Assembly (NCBI RefSeq): GCF_000143415.4 | Contig: NW_003314363.1 | Span: 372,001-436,000 of the forward strand | DNA: 64,000 nucleotides | Direction: 5' to 3' | DNA from: Selaginella moellendorffii | Lineage: Eukaryota; Plantae; Lycopodiophyta | Part shown: positions 13,260 to 24,694 of the stretch, in pieces | Layout: each line of letters opens with the position of its first letter | How positions within the stretch are numbered: position 1 is the stretch's first letter | Program-made: the position numbers and the translations under genes | The notes under the pieces: model-generated | What the model was told of the DNA's origin: nothing | Seen by the model: only the letters and a program-made list of their open reading frames with translations | Databases searched by the model: none

Positions 13260-14545
13260 GCTTTGAACTGGAGAAAATGCTGTAAAGCTTCAAATCGATA
13301 AATGTGAGAAAATATTGATAACCTCTTCGTCCAAGCATCTGCATGGGACCACAGATATTGGTGTGGGCTAGCTCCATTTTCTCGTGAGCACGAAGCACGA
13401 CCAGCAGGAAACGGTTTGCATGGCATTTTTCCAAACTGACAGCCATTGCAAAATGGTAACTCCACAGAAGTAGCGTCCAGAGTTAACCCATCTACAAGGC
13501 CTTGTCGAGCTAAACTGTGAAGCTGCTGAACACTTGCGTGTCCAAAATGACTATGCCAAAGCTCCAGCTTGCATTGATCATGGAGGCCATGAGCATGAAA
13601 GCTCGCAACATCTCCACGTGGGATCACCTGCAACACATGCTCTCATTCCTGGTCCAATGTCGAGCTTGTAGAGTCCTCAACGACCTGAGCGATGAGCAGC
13701 CAATGCCTCTCCAGTAGGAGAAGTGAGCAGAAATTTGTGTGCTGTGAGCTCAAAAGCATAACTGTCATCTGCCAACTGGCCGACCGAAATCAAAGTCCAG
13801 AGCACATCCCGGATGCGAGCCACTCTCCCCTCGGGCATGTGGATGATGAGTGTGCCTGTTCCATGAACTGGGATGCTAACCGAATTCTCCACGAGGACCC
13901 GATGAGCAAATTTGGCCCAGCACTTGGCGGATATCAGGAATCTCCTGGACAATCTAGCAAACATAGAGGAAGAGGAAGAGTGCAAAATTCTCCTCGTTTC
14001 TCTTCCCCCGTCTTACGATCCTCTCATCTGCATAATTTGTGCGGGTACTTTAACGCTTGCGCATGTGGTCAGGACGACGACCTAAGGTGTCGAGCGAGTG
14101 GGCTTTATACAACAGTGAGGAGTTCCAATTCTTCTCCTCCCAAGAAGAATTGTTCCCACTGTGGCAGTGCTGGATCAAGTACCCTACCCAGGTACAAGCG
14201 ACACTTGCGCAGGTAGATACGATTCGCTGCTGTGTTCGTCTGATAGGTCACCTTCAAAGCCTCGTTCAGACGTCTTGGATCTGGGAATTCCCGGCCATCC
14301 GAGGCAGCGTGAAAGTTCCCTAATGACGATCCTTCTTCTTCCAAGCAGCTTTCTCGTCATCTATGGTGGCGTCCATGTACAATTCGAACTTGTCACCAGC
14401 CACTGCCACCACATCTACTGAATTAGAAGCCGACGCAGCCATTAGTGGGCTAGTTACCTAGCCCCGCCAATCCGCCCAATCGTCCCAAACGCTATCCAGT
14501 CTCGAAGGATTGCTCAGATCGCTCTCCCATTTGCTCTGATATGAG
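13260..14545 (-). mobile_element. Truncated Ty1/copia LTR retrotransposon remnant (gag, protease, GAG-pre-integrase, start of integrase)
   Basis: Degenerate Met-i PBS (ATATCAGAGC, ~14533-14542). Gag-like LKVTYQTNTAANRIYLR; protease region GTGTLII...LISVGQL; LWHSHFGH...FCNGCQFGK; integrase HTNICGPM...GYQYFLTFID. Order is copia-type; several frameshifts. Confidence 0.85.
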
Positions 14546-16599
14546 CGAAGAGCTCCGTATACATCATAGTGAATGAGGGTGGAATGCCACGTGGCGCTAA
14601 CATGGAGAGAGCGAGGATTCAACACTTACCTCACAAATCGATGCCTAGCGCACTCCATCAACGCTATAGAGTTGGCATGGATTGGGTCCTGTTGGCAGCT
14701 CTTATAGCCACAAAGTTTTCTACCTCCCTGAGCAGGAGAAGAAAAGCTTTTTGACTCTAGGAGATCCTCTTTTAATGCAGCTGGGCTGCAGCAGCTGTCC
14801 TAGTGCTTTTCTGCTCGCGTTCATCCGTCCAGGGTATGATCGATTCGTGGTGGCTGCCACCGCTTGCACGTTTGTCCTAAAGGATGGGAATTCTTGGAAT
14901 GGGGAGCTGGATCGGGACTTTGCTTCAGTGGTGGTCTTCACTGTCCAGAGTTTTTACAAGAAGGACAAAGGGCGTCTGTGAGAATTCCTGAAATCCTTAC
15001 CACCCTACCTTTGTGCTAAACTCCGTTCTCTTTCATTTCCACTTGCAGCAGCATGTAGTTTGTCAGAAAGGAAAAATGCTCGCACTATCATCAAACTTGG
15101 TGCTGGATGAGATATAAATACTGTCTCTTTTGTTTTCTCTCCCTCCCTCAGGCTTATAACAATTCGTTGTGTAGGCAGTTTGTATAAGGAACGCTCAAAG
15201 TTGGAACTTCAAGAGAAACTATTACATGGCCCTAAAAGCTACAGAGTGAAGCTCCAAAACTATATGTGAAAGACAACAAATGTGAAGATGGATCTGGGGC
15301 AGCCAATAATAAAGAACTTTTATAGAGCTCCTCGCAAATTTCTTTCTCAGTCTAGATATCAGGCCTGGGATGTCAGGAAAGAAAATTGTGAACATCTGGA
15401 CATAATAAAAATGTGAGTGTCAAGCTCTCTGTTTTGAAGTGTTTAAAGAATGTACATTATCATTGTTCCCAAATAACTTTTGTTGTCTAGCTTGAGAGCC
15501 TCTTTCCATTGGAACAGTTACTGTTATGAACCTAGAGAAATGATAAATTAAAAATTAAATTAATTTAAAGAAAAATTAATCTCTGATAATAACTTTTTCT
15601 GGAATATGCATTTGATTAATAATTTGATAAAATTTATTGTCAAAAATATTTTCAAGTCTTAAACCCACCATATATATAAGTTTTCATAGTGACATAAGTT
15701 TTTGCACAATCCAGCACATTTTCTGGGCAATACTAGTATATACTGAAGTCATATAAAATATATCATTAAACTTCAAGAGAAGAAATTTAATAAAGAAGTC
15801 ATTTTGAAGAAATATTTCTGAAGATTGAAGAAGTCTTTTGATTCATATAGATAGATAGATCATGGGTATACTATGATTTCCTAATCTAAGTATTTTTTTT
15901 GTGCCTCTTGTTTGATAATGAGGAGTTTCTATGGTCTTGATGGCATCTCAAGCTCAATTTTTGTAAATTCTAGCTTTATCTCTAAATTCCACATTATTTA
16001 TGGATCATTACTATCTTCTTCATAGGATATTCCTACATGAACATTTGACCCAAATAGCTAACCATAAATGTAATTCAGTCACTTGCTAGAAATGTCTGAA
16101 CCCTGGATCACAAGTGGGCATAGTAGGGTGGCAATAATTGAGTGCATCGGCTGCTACTTGAAACTGGGAGGAAGGTTCTAATAAGATCCAAGTGTAAACA
16201 TGAGATCTTGAAGTATCCTCAATACTCTTGTTTATTTCAAGAGCCTGGTAAATCCTCACTCTTTATTGCATGGCTCACTCATCTTCTTTAATTTAGAGCT
16301 TTTTCATTGAGATCTTTGGTGGGCTGCTTCTTGCATAACTAGTTTTTTCATTGAAGATTTCCACATTTTGTTAGCTATTTGCTCACTCTAGGCAAGATCC
16401 TTGAGGTTGAAGCATGTCACAGTAGCAAGATTTACACTTTAAAGTTCCCTTACTTGGCATTTGGAGCATCATGGTGAACCTTAGCATGGATCTTACTGTT
16501 GGATTGTCTTGATTTACATGGTAAAGGAAGCAATAGGTGGTATTCTCTTTAAGGTTTTTGGCATATTTAATCTTAGCTTTCTATCCAATAGATGTGACT

Positions 16600-16900
16600 T
16601 CTACATCAATGCTGATACCCAGTCTTGGTTCGTCAACTTTGAGGAATGCAAGTATCCACAACCAAATAAAAGTACTATGGTTCTTCTTGCCTTCACGGCT
16701 TATGTTCCACAAATGATGGATGGTGCCCCTCTTGAGTAGCTATTTGCAACTCCCACTTTGGATGTTATCCCCAGAAACTCATATTTGAGCAAAATACTTG
16801 CCTAGGGAGATTTTGGAATCAACCTATTATTTTCGGCCACTTCCAGAAGCTTCTTTTACCAGCTCTATGGCCATAATGGTGTTCTTGTGAGGTAGACCAA
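16600..16900 (+). pseudogene. Possible eroded retrotransposon gag fragment
   Basis: ADTQSWFVNFEE...VLLAFTAY...DGAPLE* loosely resembles the gypsy gag W/F..E...L.G.A..W pattern. Confidence 0.25.
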
Positions 16901-18496
16901 GAAAATAAAAAGAACATAAGTAAGGTGGCTTTCAACATATGGTGGCATCTTGGTTTAGTGGTGTTCTAAGGAGCATGAAAAATATTCTCTATAATGCTAT
17001 TTGTCCTCTTGAGACACCACTCCATCAATTGAGGCTTGGTTTCGCTACCATCTTTTTTCATAGTGTCTTTTTTCCATTCTTTTCTTTCCTTTTCCTTCAT
17101 TAATTTTAGTTTTTATTCTTATTCTACCACGATAAAGTCACTTCTGGCTTGGGTCATAATTTCTTTAAGTGGCATTCATTTCAACTATATAGAAATTTAA
17201 GTTTGCCTAGGTTTTACTATGGCCATCCCTCTTTATATTTCAATCACTTTAACCATATTTTCCCTCTTATCTTTCTCCACTTTTCACAATTATTATTTGC
17301 ATTTCTATTCATTCTGTAATATTGCCCACTCTTTCAACAATTACCTTTTCTATCTTTCCACTTGGCATCATGGTTTAGCTCAAGTTCTTTTAAAGATACA
17401 TGGCACAAAGTATTCACAAATATGGCTTCCATAATTTAGCAAAGTCTAGGAGAGATGTAATCATCTCCACCTTATAGTAGTGACTTTGAATATTGCAATT
17501 TTAACACAAAAAACTTTTAGTGGTTGATAGGGCCTTGAGTGTAAATATAAAAATTTGTTCTATAGTTAATTTATTTCACTTTTGGGAACTTCTTCCAATG
17601 AAGACTTTTGGTTTACTGTATTTTTTAGTGCATTTCTAGTGAGAGTTCTAGGTTTGGCATGATTCACCTAGTAGTTTGTTTAAGACACAAATCCCTAAAT
17701 CCCAAAGTGGAGCCAAAAGTGTGCCACATACTAAAGTGAAATTTCAAGAAGCACAACACATTTGGACTATAAGTTTTGACTAAGAAAGTGAAGAGCAAGA
17801 GTTAAACTCCCCAAAAAGTGCATGATAAACAAACATGAGATGATCAATAAGTGAGTTTTCAAAAAGGTGTATGCCACAAATTTTCTTTATTAATTTGCTA
17901 ACTTACTTTGTCTATCCAACCATATTTATTTTGGTTTTAGTGAACCATATTTTGGGGATATGATGCTTCAAAATATTATCCTAAAATCTTGAATTATAGA
18001 AAGGAAAAAGAATGATCCTTTTGCTTAGTAACCAAAGATATAGTTACATGATGAGGAAGTCTTAAAGGTTGGTGAAATTTAGTATATAGGCCTTTAAGCC
18101 ATAGATCAATGGTGGTATTAGTAAACATTGCCATGGATAAAAAAGGACTTAATAAGGATCGAAAAGAGGAAGGTATTCTTTATATTTTGAAGCATCCTAA
18201 AAATGTTTAGATGTGGTCATAGGATGACCATTTATGGTTAGATAACTTAGTTTTAGAGAGATAATACTATGGTGTGGGTGGTTCAGACAAGTACAAATAG
18301 GTATGGCTTTAGCATGACGGGCTAAGATATTAGTAATACCTTTAAGTGTCTAAAGTGAAATTGGATATATAAAGCACTTGGATTAAATGTGAAGTTGGTG
18401 TGGTTTTGAGATTATATTTGGGGGCTAGCAAGAACTTCAAATCAGGATGAGGACTTATAGAGGTTGTGAATAGCACTCTTCCAAGTAATTAAAGGC

Positions 18497-18849
18497 TGTC
18501 AGGAATCCCCCAATTGTCAGGAATCCCCCAATTCTTGCCACATTCCTGACTCTCGCCGGATTCCTGACCTGCAGACCACATTCCTGACTCTCGAGACACT
18601 TCCCGATTCCTGAGTCTCGAGCCACATTCCTGATGATGATGTGGCGCCTCCTCGACCTCAGCTATATTTAGGCCGTCCTCGATCCAAGAGTGGTGGAGCT
18701 TCATCAACCTATAGTATATATAGGTTAGCCTTGTTCCATTTCTCCACAATCTGAATCAACGCCAGTCTAAGGCCTCTTCTTTGTTTCCACTAGCTTTTCT
18801 CTTTGTCTTTTTGCATTTTTCAGTCTTGATCTTGTCAGGGGTCTTGACA
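18497..18849 (+). repeat. 5' LTR of chromovirus (353 bp)
   Basis: No differences found by eye from 23663-24015. TG...CA ends; TATA-like TATATATA at ~18715-18722. Confidence 0.97.
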
Positions 18850-18851
18850 GT

Positions 18852-18866
18852 TTGATTCAGATTGTG
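18852..18866 (+). promoter_or_regulatory. Self-priming primer-binding site (complementary to LTR 18745-18759)
   Basis: TTGATTCAGATTGTG is the exact 15-nt reverse complement of CACAATCTGAATCAA inside the LTR. No TGG-starting tRNA PBS is present. Confidence 0.85.
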
Positions 18867-18948
18867 TTTTTTCGTTTTTTGATTTAGCTCATTTTGATTG
18901 TTTGATTACCTTTGCCTTTTTTTCCCCCTTTTTTCTTTCTTCTTGCCA

Positions 18949-19920
18949 ATGGAGTCTCCAAGCCATCCTGATTTCTTTGCTGAAGTCCTTGCAAAAATCC
19001 AGTCTGAGAATACCGAGCTGAAGGCGACCCTTCTTCGCATGCAGCAGGAGCTTGTTTCACTTTCGGCTCAAGGATTCAGCAAAGTTCCTGAACCGAAGGT
19101 GAGCTTCCCGGTGAAATTTTCAGGCAAGCGTTCGGAGCTTCGCGGATTCCTGAACCAGATGGAGTTGATCTTCGCACTTCAACATCGGCAGTACCCTACT
19201 CCCGAGTCTCAAATCGGCGCGATTGGGACGTTGCTCGAAGGTGCAGCTTTGTCATGGTTTTCTCCTCTTCTGGAGAAGAGCATGAAAGGGGTCGTGGTTC
19301 CAGAGCTGATGGATCTTCAATTGTTCAAAGAGAAGCTCGAAGCATGTTTTGGCGAGACGGATCGGGTTCGGGCTGCTACCACAAAGATGAGACGTTTCTC
19401 TCAAGGGTCTTGTCCTGCCTCGATCTACGCTGCAGAGTTCCAACTCCTTGCTTTGGACACTCAGTGGGATGAGCGGGCCCTAATTGACTAATTTCGTTTC
19501 GGCCTCAACAACGGTGTCAAGGATTTGTTGCTCACCATGGAGGATCCCAAGGACCTGTCGGATGCCATCAACAAAGCTATTCGATGTGACAATCGTCTTT
19601 TTGAACGTCGTCAGGAAAGTCGCCGCGCCGCTGTTTTTCAGTCCCAGACTCAGGAATCCCAGCTTGAGTCTTCGGGGCATACTCCTGAACCTACTGCTCC
19701 GGTTCCGATGGATATTTCTGGTACTCCCCGACTCATTAGAGGGAAGTTGAGTCCTGCTGAGAAGCAACGTCGAATATCTCATAATCTTTGCCTCTATTGT
19801 GCTGATCCTAATCACAAAGCAGCTGTATGTCCCAAGAAGCCTCCTCGACTGCTCGAGTTCACTTTGCCTCAAAGTCCACCTCTATTGCAGTCGGGAAACG
19901 ACCCTGTCCAAATAGAGTAG
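18949..19920 (+). pseudogene. gag: gag of chromovirus (premature TAA at 19489-19491)
   Basis: PVKFSGKRSELRGFLNQMEL...LLEGAALSWF; PVPMDI; zinc knuckle CLYCADPNHKAAVC. Confidence 0.92.
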
Positions 19921-19942
19921 GAGCTGTCTGTTTGGACTCCCC
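19893..19942 (+). promoter_or_regulatory. -1 ribosomal frameshift signal (G GGA AAC + stem/pseudoknot)
   Basis: Heptamer lies in the gag frame and pol is in the -1 frame. After a 6-nt spacer, an 11-bp stem forms between 19906-19916 and 19927-19937. Confidence 0.8.
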
Positions 19943-22900
19943 GAATAAAAATCACTTTTCTTCTTTATCAAGCTCCTCACCACCTTTCATCAAAGCCACC
20001 ACCAATTCCCGCAACTTCCGCGTCCCATGTCTCCTTTCTTTCACCGGACAATCAGGACTCAAGGCTCTGGCGTTATTAGACTTGGGTGCAACTTCCTACT
20101 TCATGGACACGGACTTTGCTGCCCGACATCACATTCCTCTTTCTCCTACCATACGGGATTTGAGGGTTGAAGGCATCGGCGGGCATTTTGTGTCTCCATC
20201 TTCTGGACTTAGGGAAACGTTGCCCGTTTGAGTACACATCGGGTCCACCGTCACCGATATCGCCTTCAACATCATCAACAGCAAGTCCTCCTCTGTGGTG
20301 CTCGGTCTTCCTTGGTTCCAACTACATCAGCCTCAGATCTGTTGGAAGGAATTACAGCTCATCTCTCCCACGGCTTCCCCTGCTATTCATCGAGTCCGAA
20401 TCAGGAAAAGTTCCCTAAACTCAAATCGGGGTTCTGTTCCTGACTCTATAAAGTTTTCACCCTCTTCTTTTTCCTCTCTTCCATCTTCCACTGAACCGTA
20501 TCCTCGTCTTATCATTCCATTTAGTCGTACGCCTCCTCCTATCTCCACAATCACTATGAAAGAACTCCTTCATGAAGAACCTCTTTTTCTTTTTGCTTTG
20601 CATGTTTCTCCTGTCAGTCTTCCTGAGAAGTATCATGATTTTGGGGATGTGTTTGACAAGAAAAAAGCTAGTGTACTGCCTGTTCATCGGCCTTATGATT
20701 GTCCCATTGATTTACAGGAAGGAGCGTCACCTCCGTGGGGGCCTATCTACGGGTTATCTCCGTCCGAGCTTAAGGCCCTCAAAGAGTACGTGGATGAGAA
20801 CCTTGCCTCGGGCTACATTCAGCATTCGCAGTCCCCGGCTGGAGCGCCTGTCTTCTTTGTCAAGAAGAAGGATGGGAGCTTGCGGCTAGTCATCGACTAC
20901 CGAGGTTTGAACAAGGTGACTGTTTGGAACCGTTATCCGCTGCCCCTGATCTCGGACCTGTTGGAACGCCTCGGCAGTGCCCGCTTCTTCACCAAGATTG
21001 ACCTTCGTGGAGCATACAACCTGATCCGGATCCGGCCTGGTGATGAATGGAAGACTGCGTTCCGAACCTGCTATGGCCACTTCGAGTACACTGTCATGCC
21101 ATTTGGCTTGACAAATGCTCCAGCAGTTTTCCAACACATGGCGAACGACGTCTTTCGGGAGTTTCTTGATCAGATGGTGATCGTCTACCTCGATGACATC
21201 CTCATCTACTCAAAAACTCAGGAGGAGCATGACGAACATGTTCGCAAGGTGCTAGTGAAGCTGCGAGAACACGGCCTATACGCGAAGCTTGAGAAATGTT
21301 CCTTTGATCAGTAGTCTGTGGAGTTCCTTGGGTACATTGTCACTCCTGAGGGTATCACGATGGATCCTGCCAAAGTCAAGACTATTCTCGAATGGGAGCC
21401 TCCACAATCAATGTCGGACGTTCAGGTTTTCCTTGGCTTCGCCAACTTCTACCGCAAATTCATTGATCACTACTCTGACATTGTCCTTCCTTTCACACAT
21501 CTCACTCACAAGGATGTTCCCTTCTCTTGGTCTGCTGCTGCCCAGCAGGCCTTCGACACACTCAAGGCGGCCTTCAGTTCTGCTCCTGTCTTGATCCATG
21601 CTGATTCCTCACAACCTTTCTTCATCGAGGCTGACGCCTCCGACTTTGCCATTGGTGCTGTGCTGTCTCAACTCGGAGCGGATCACGAACTTCATCCGGT
21701 CGCTTTCCATTCTCGGAAATTCCAGCCTGCAGAGATCAATTACGAAATCCACGACAAGGAGCTCCTTGCCATCGTGGATTCCTTTGGAGAGTGGCGCCGT
21801 TTCTTGGAGGGGGCGAGCCATCAAACAACAGTCTGGACGGATCACAAAAATCTTGAGTACTTTGCCACTTTTCGAGTTTTAAGCCGTCGTCAAGCAAGGT
21901 GGGCACAATTCCTGAGTCAGTTTGACTTTGTTATCAAGTACAGACCTGGAAAGTTTCAAGGCCTTCCTGATGCTCTTTCAAGGCACTCCTATCTCAGTCT
22001 CAGGCATGGTAATCCTGCCTTTGATCAACAGGATCAAGTTATCCTCGGTCCTAATCGGCTTCAAGTTATGGCAATTTCCCTGGCCCCTCAGGACTCCTCC
22101 TTGATGGATGCAATCAGAAACGATCTTCAATCCGATGATCTCGCTAGCGACATTTTCCCCCATCTTCAGGCTGGACACCCAGTGACTCCCGACTGCCGGC
22201 GATTTGACGAGTTCGAGTTCTTAGATGGCTTATTGTACCGTGGGGAGCAGCTTTACATTCTTGAAGGTGATGCTCGAAGGTTGGTCCTGATGGCGTGCCA
22301 CGATAGCCCGACTGCTGGTCACTTCGGCATTGCAAAAACCTATGAGCTAGTTGCACGGGACTTTTGGTGGCCTCACATGGACGACTACATCAAAGCTTTT
22401 GTTACCTCCTATGACACTTGTGCCCAGAATAAAGTACCTCGCCACCTTCCTTCAGGTTTGCTTCGTTCCCTTCCAGTCCCTTCAGGTCCTTGGGAATCCA
22501 TCTCCATGGATTTCTTGAGTGATCTTCCGAGTTCTGGAGGCTTCAACAGCATTTTAGTCGTGGTGGATCGCTTCATAAAGATGGCGCACTTCTTGCCATG
22601 TACCAAGGAGTTTTCGGGCGAGGACATGGCAAAACTGGTATTCAGGGAAATTTTCCGACTTCATGGGATTCCTACAGATGTGGTTTCGGATCGGGGGCCT
22701 CAGTTCATCTCTCATTTCTGGCAACGGTTTTTGCAGCTGCTTGGAGTGAAGGCCAACCTCTCTTCGGCATATCATCCTCAAACTGATGGGCAGTCCGAGC
22801 GAACGATTTAGACGTTGGAACAATTCTTGAGGTGCTTCATCAACTATCATCAGGATAACTGGTTCGATATCCTTCCCCTTGCTGAGTTCTCCTATAACAA

Positions 22901-23651
22901 CTCTGTTCACTCCTCTCTTCGAGTTTCCCCCTTCTTTGCGAACTCTGGCCGAAATCCCCGATTCAATCTCTCACTTCCTTCTCCATCTGAATCCTCTCGT
23001 TCAAATCCCCGCTCTGAGGCATTTATCTCCAACCTCCAGGAAATCCACAACTCCATCTCCTTCCACCTCCATCATGCTCAGGAATCTCATAAAACATTTG
23101 CCAATGTCCATCGTCAGGATTGTCCCCCTTACAATATCGGGGATAAAGTCTGGCTCCTCAGGCGAAATATCTCCACCACTAGGCCTTGTCCAAAACTCGA
23201 TTTCAAACGCCTTGGTCCTTTCCCTATCACTGCCATCATTAATCCTGTCACTTATCGCCTTGCACTTCCCTCCTCATATCAAATTCACCCCGTTTTTCAC
23301 TCCTCTCTCCTTGAGCCTTATATTCCCAGTCCTATTCCAAATCGGGTCATTCCTCCACCTCCACCAGTGCAGCTCGAGGATGGGTCTGAGTACGAGGTTC
23401 AGGACATCCTTGATTCCAAGATTTCACGGTCTAAACTCTACTATCTGGTGGACTGGAAGGGTTACGGACCTGAGGAACGCACTTGGGAACCTGCGGACAA
23501 CCTGATTCATTCTCCTGACCTTGTTCAGGACTTCCACTGCCGCTATCCTTCTCGTCCCAGTCCTCATTTTTTTTCTCCATCTCCCATCCCTCGCCGCTCA
23601 TCTCATCCTCCTCTTCGTTCTCGTTCACATCCTCGTTCCACTCGTTCTTGA
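19893..23651 (+). pseudogene. pol: pol (PR-RT-RH-IN-chromodomain) with three premature stops
   Basis: One reading frame interrupted by TGA 20229-31, TAG 21312-14 and TAG 22809-11. Chromodomain YEVQDILDS...YYLVDWKGYGPEERTWEP; protease site reads DLG. Confidence 0.95.
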
Positions 23652-23660
23652 GGAGGGGGT
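23650..23660 (+). promoter_or_regulatory. Polypurine tract of chromovirus
   Basis: GAGGAGGGGGT two bases before the 3' LTR. Confidence 0.85.
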
Positions 23661-23662
23661 GC

Positions 23663-24015
23663 TGTCAGGAATCCCCCAATTGTCAGGAATCCCCCAATTC
23701 TTGCCACATTCCTGACTCTCGCCGGATTCCTGACCTGCAGACCACATTCCTGACTCTCGAGACACTTCCCGATTCCTGAGTCTCGAGCCACATTCCTGAT
23801 GATGATGTGGCGCCTCCTCGACCTCAGCTATATTTAGGCCGTCCTCGATCCAAGAGTGGTGGAGCTTCATCAACCTATAGTATATATAGGTTAGCCTTGT
23901 TCCATTTCTCCACAATCTGAATCAACGCCAGTCTAAGGCCTCTTCTTTGTTTCCACTAGCTTTTCTCTTTGTCTTTTTGCATTTTTCAGTCTTGATCTTG
24001 TCAGGGGTCTTGACA
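23663..24015 (+). repeat. 3' LTR of chromovirus (353 bp)
   Basis: Direct repeat of 18497-18849. Confidence 0.97.
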
Positions 24016-24476
24016 GTGGCATGGTTAAATGACTAAAGTAAAATGGAAAATTTAGTCACTTACATTTTTGTAAATTCTTTGTTATATATTGTGGTTAACA
24101 TTCTTCTAAACTAAGCATTGACACCTCTATGTTTTGAGGCACCTATGTTTTTACCCATTTCCCTTTATTATCACAATTTTTTGCACTTTCTACCATTGGG
24201 TAATATATTTTAATTCTATGGTAAAGTATTGGGTAAATTCAAAGTACTTCTTAGACGTTTAAAAATTTCAAAAACTATGATTCAAGTTTTTAATCTCTTC
24301 CCTAGGTTTTGATTTTCTCTTTTTCTTTTGTTTCCTTTCTTTTCTTTATATTTCTCGCTTTGTTTTACTTTCTTTGTTATTTATCTTTTCTGTAGTTACC
24401 TTTTATAGGTATTTATTTTCAATTTAGCCATAAACTTTTACAATTATAAATCATATGTTCTTATCACACTAGGGGG

Positions 24477-24694
24477 TTGTTCAATCCATTTGTTGAATAC
24501 ATTAAAACCAAGAGACATCATTACATTGACGATTGTAAACTCTTCACTTCGAGAGTTTGTCCTTTTCGTATCTGGAGAAGTTGTATGGCATGGGTATGCT
24601 GTTTGATGCCAATAACTACGTAGTAATACGAGACACTGATTTACCTATGAGCAACTACACCTACACTTGCTCAATCCACTTGTTAGATACATTA
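24477..24694 (+). pseudogene. Displaced copy of exon 1 (header domain) of the CR-like kinase family, bracketed by 28-bp imperfect direct repeats
   Basis: ~24512-24665 aligns to ~26252-26404 and encodes GMLFDANNYVVIRDTDLPMSNYTY. Flanks 24477-24504 and 24667-24694 match at 24/28 positions. Confidence 0.8.

Larger units (their letters stand above)
18497..24015 (+). mobile_element. Full-length Ty3/gypsy chromovirus (Tf1/sushi/Tcn1-like), internally defective
   Basis: Two 353-bp LTRs TGTCA...TGACA; gag, PR, RT (YLDD), RNase H, integrase, C-terminal chromodomain; PPT before the 3' LTR. Confidence 0.97.

Noticed and set aside
18489-18749. Minus-strand ORF MWRNGTRL..., duplicated at 23625-23915
   Set aside because: The duplication simply reflects the two LTRs; no domain is evident.
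21312-21314. Programmed stop-codon read-through in chromovirus pol
   Set aside because: The stops fall inside conserved domains and are consistent with C>T decay in methylated DNA.
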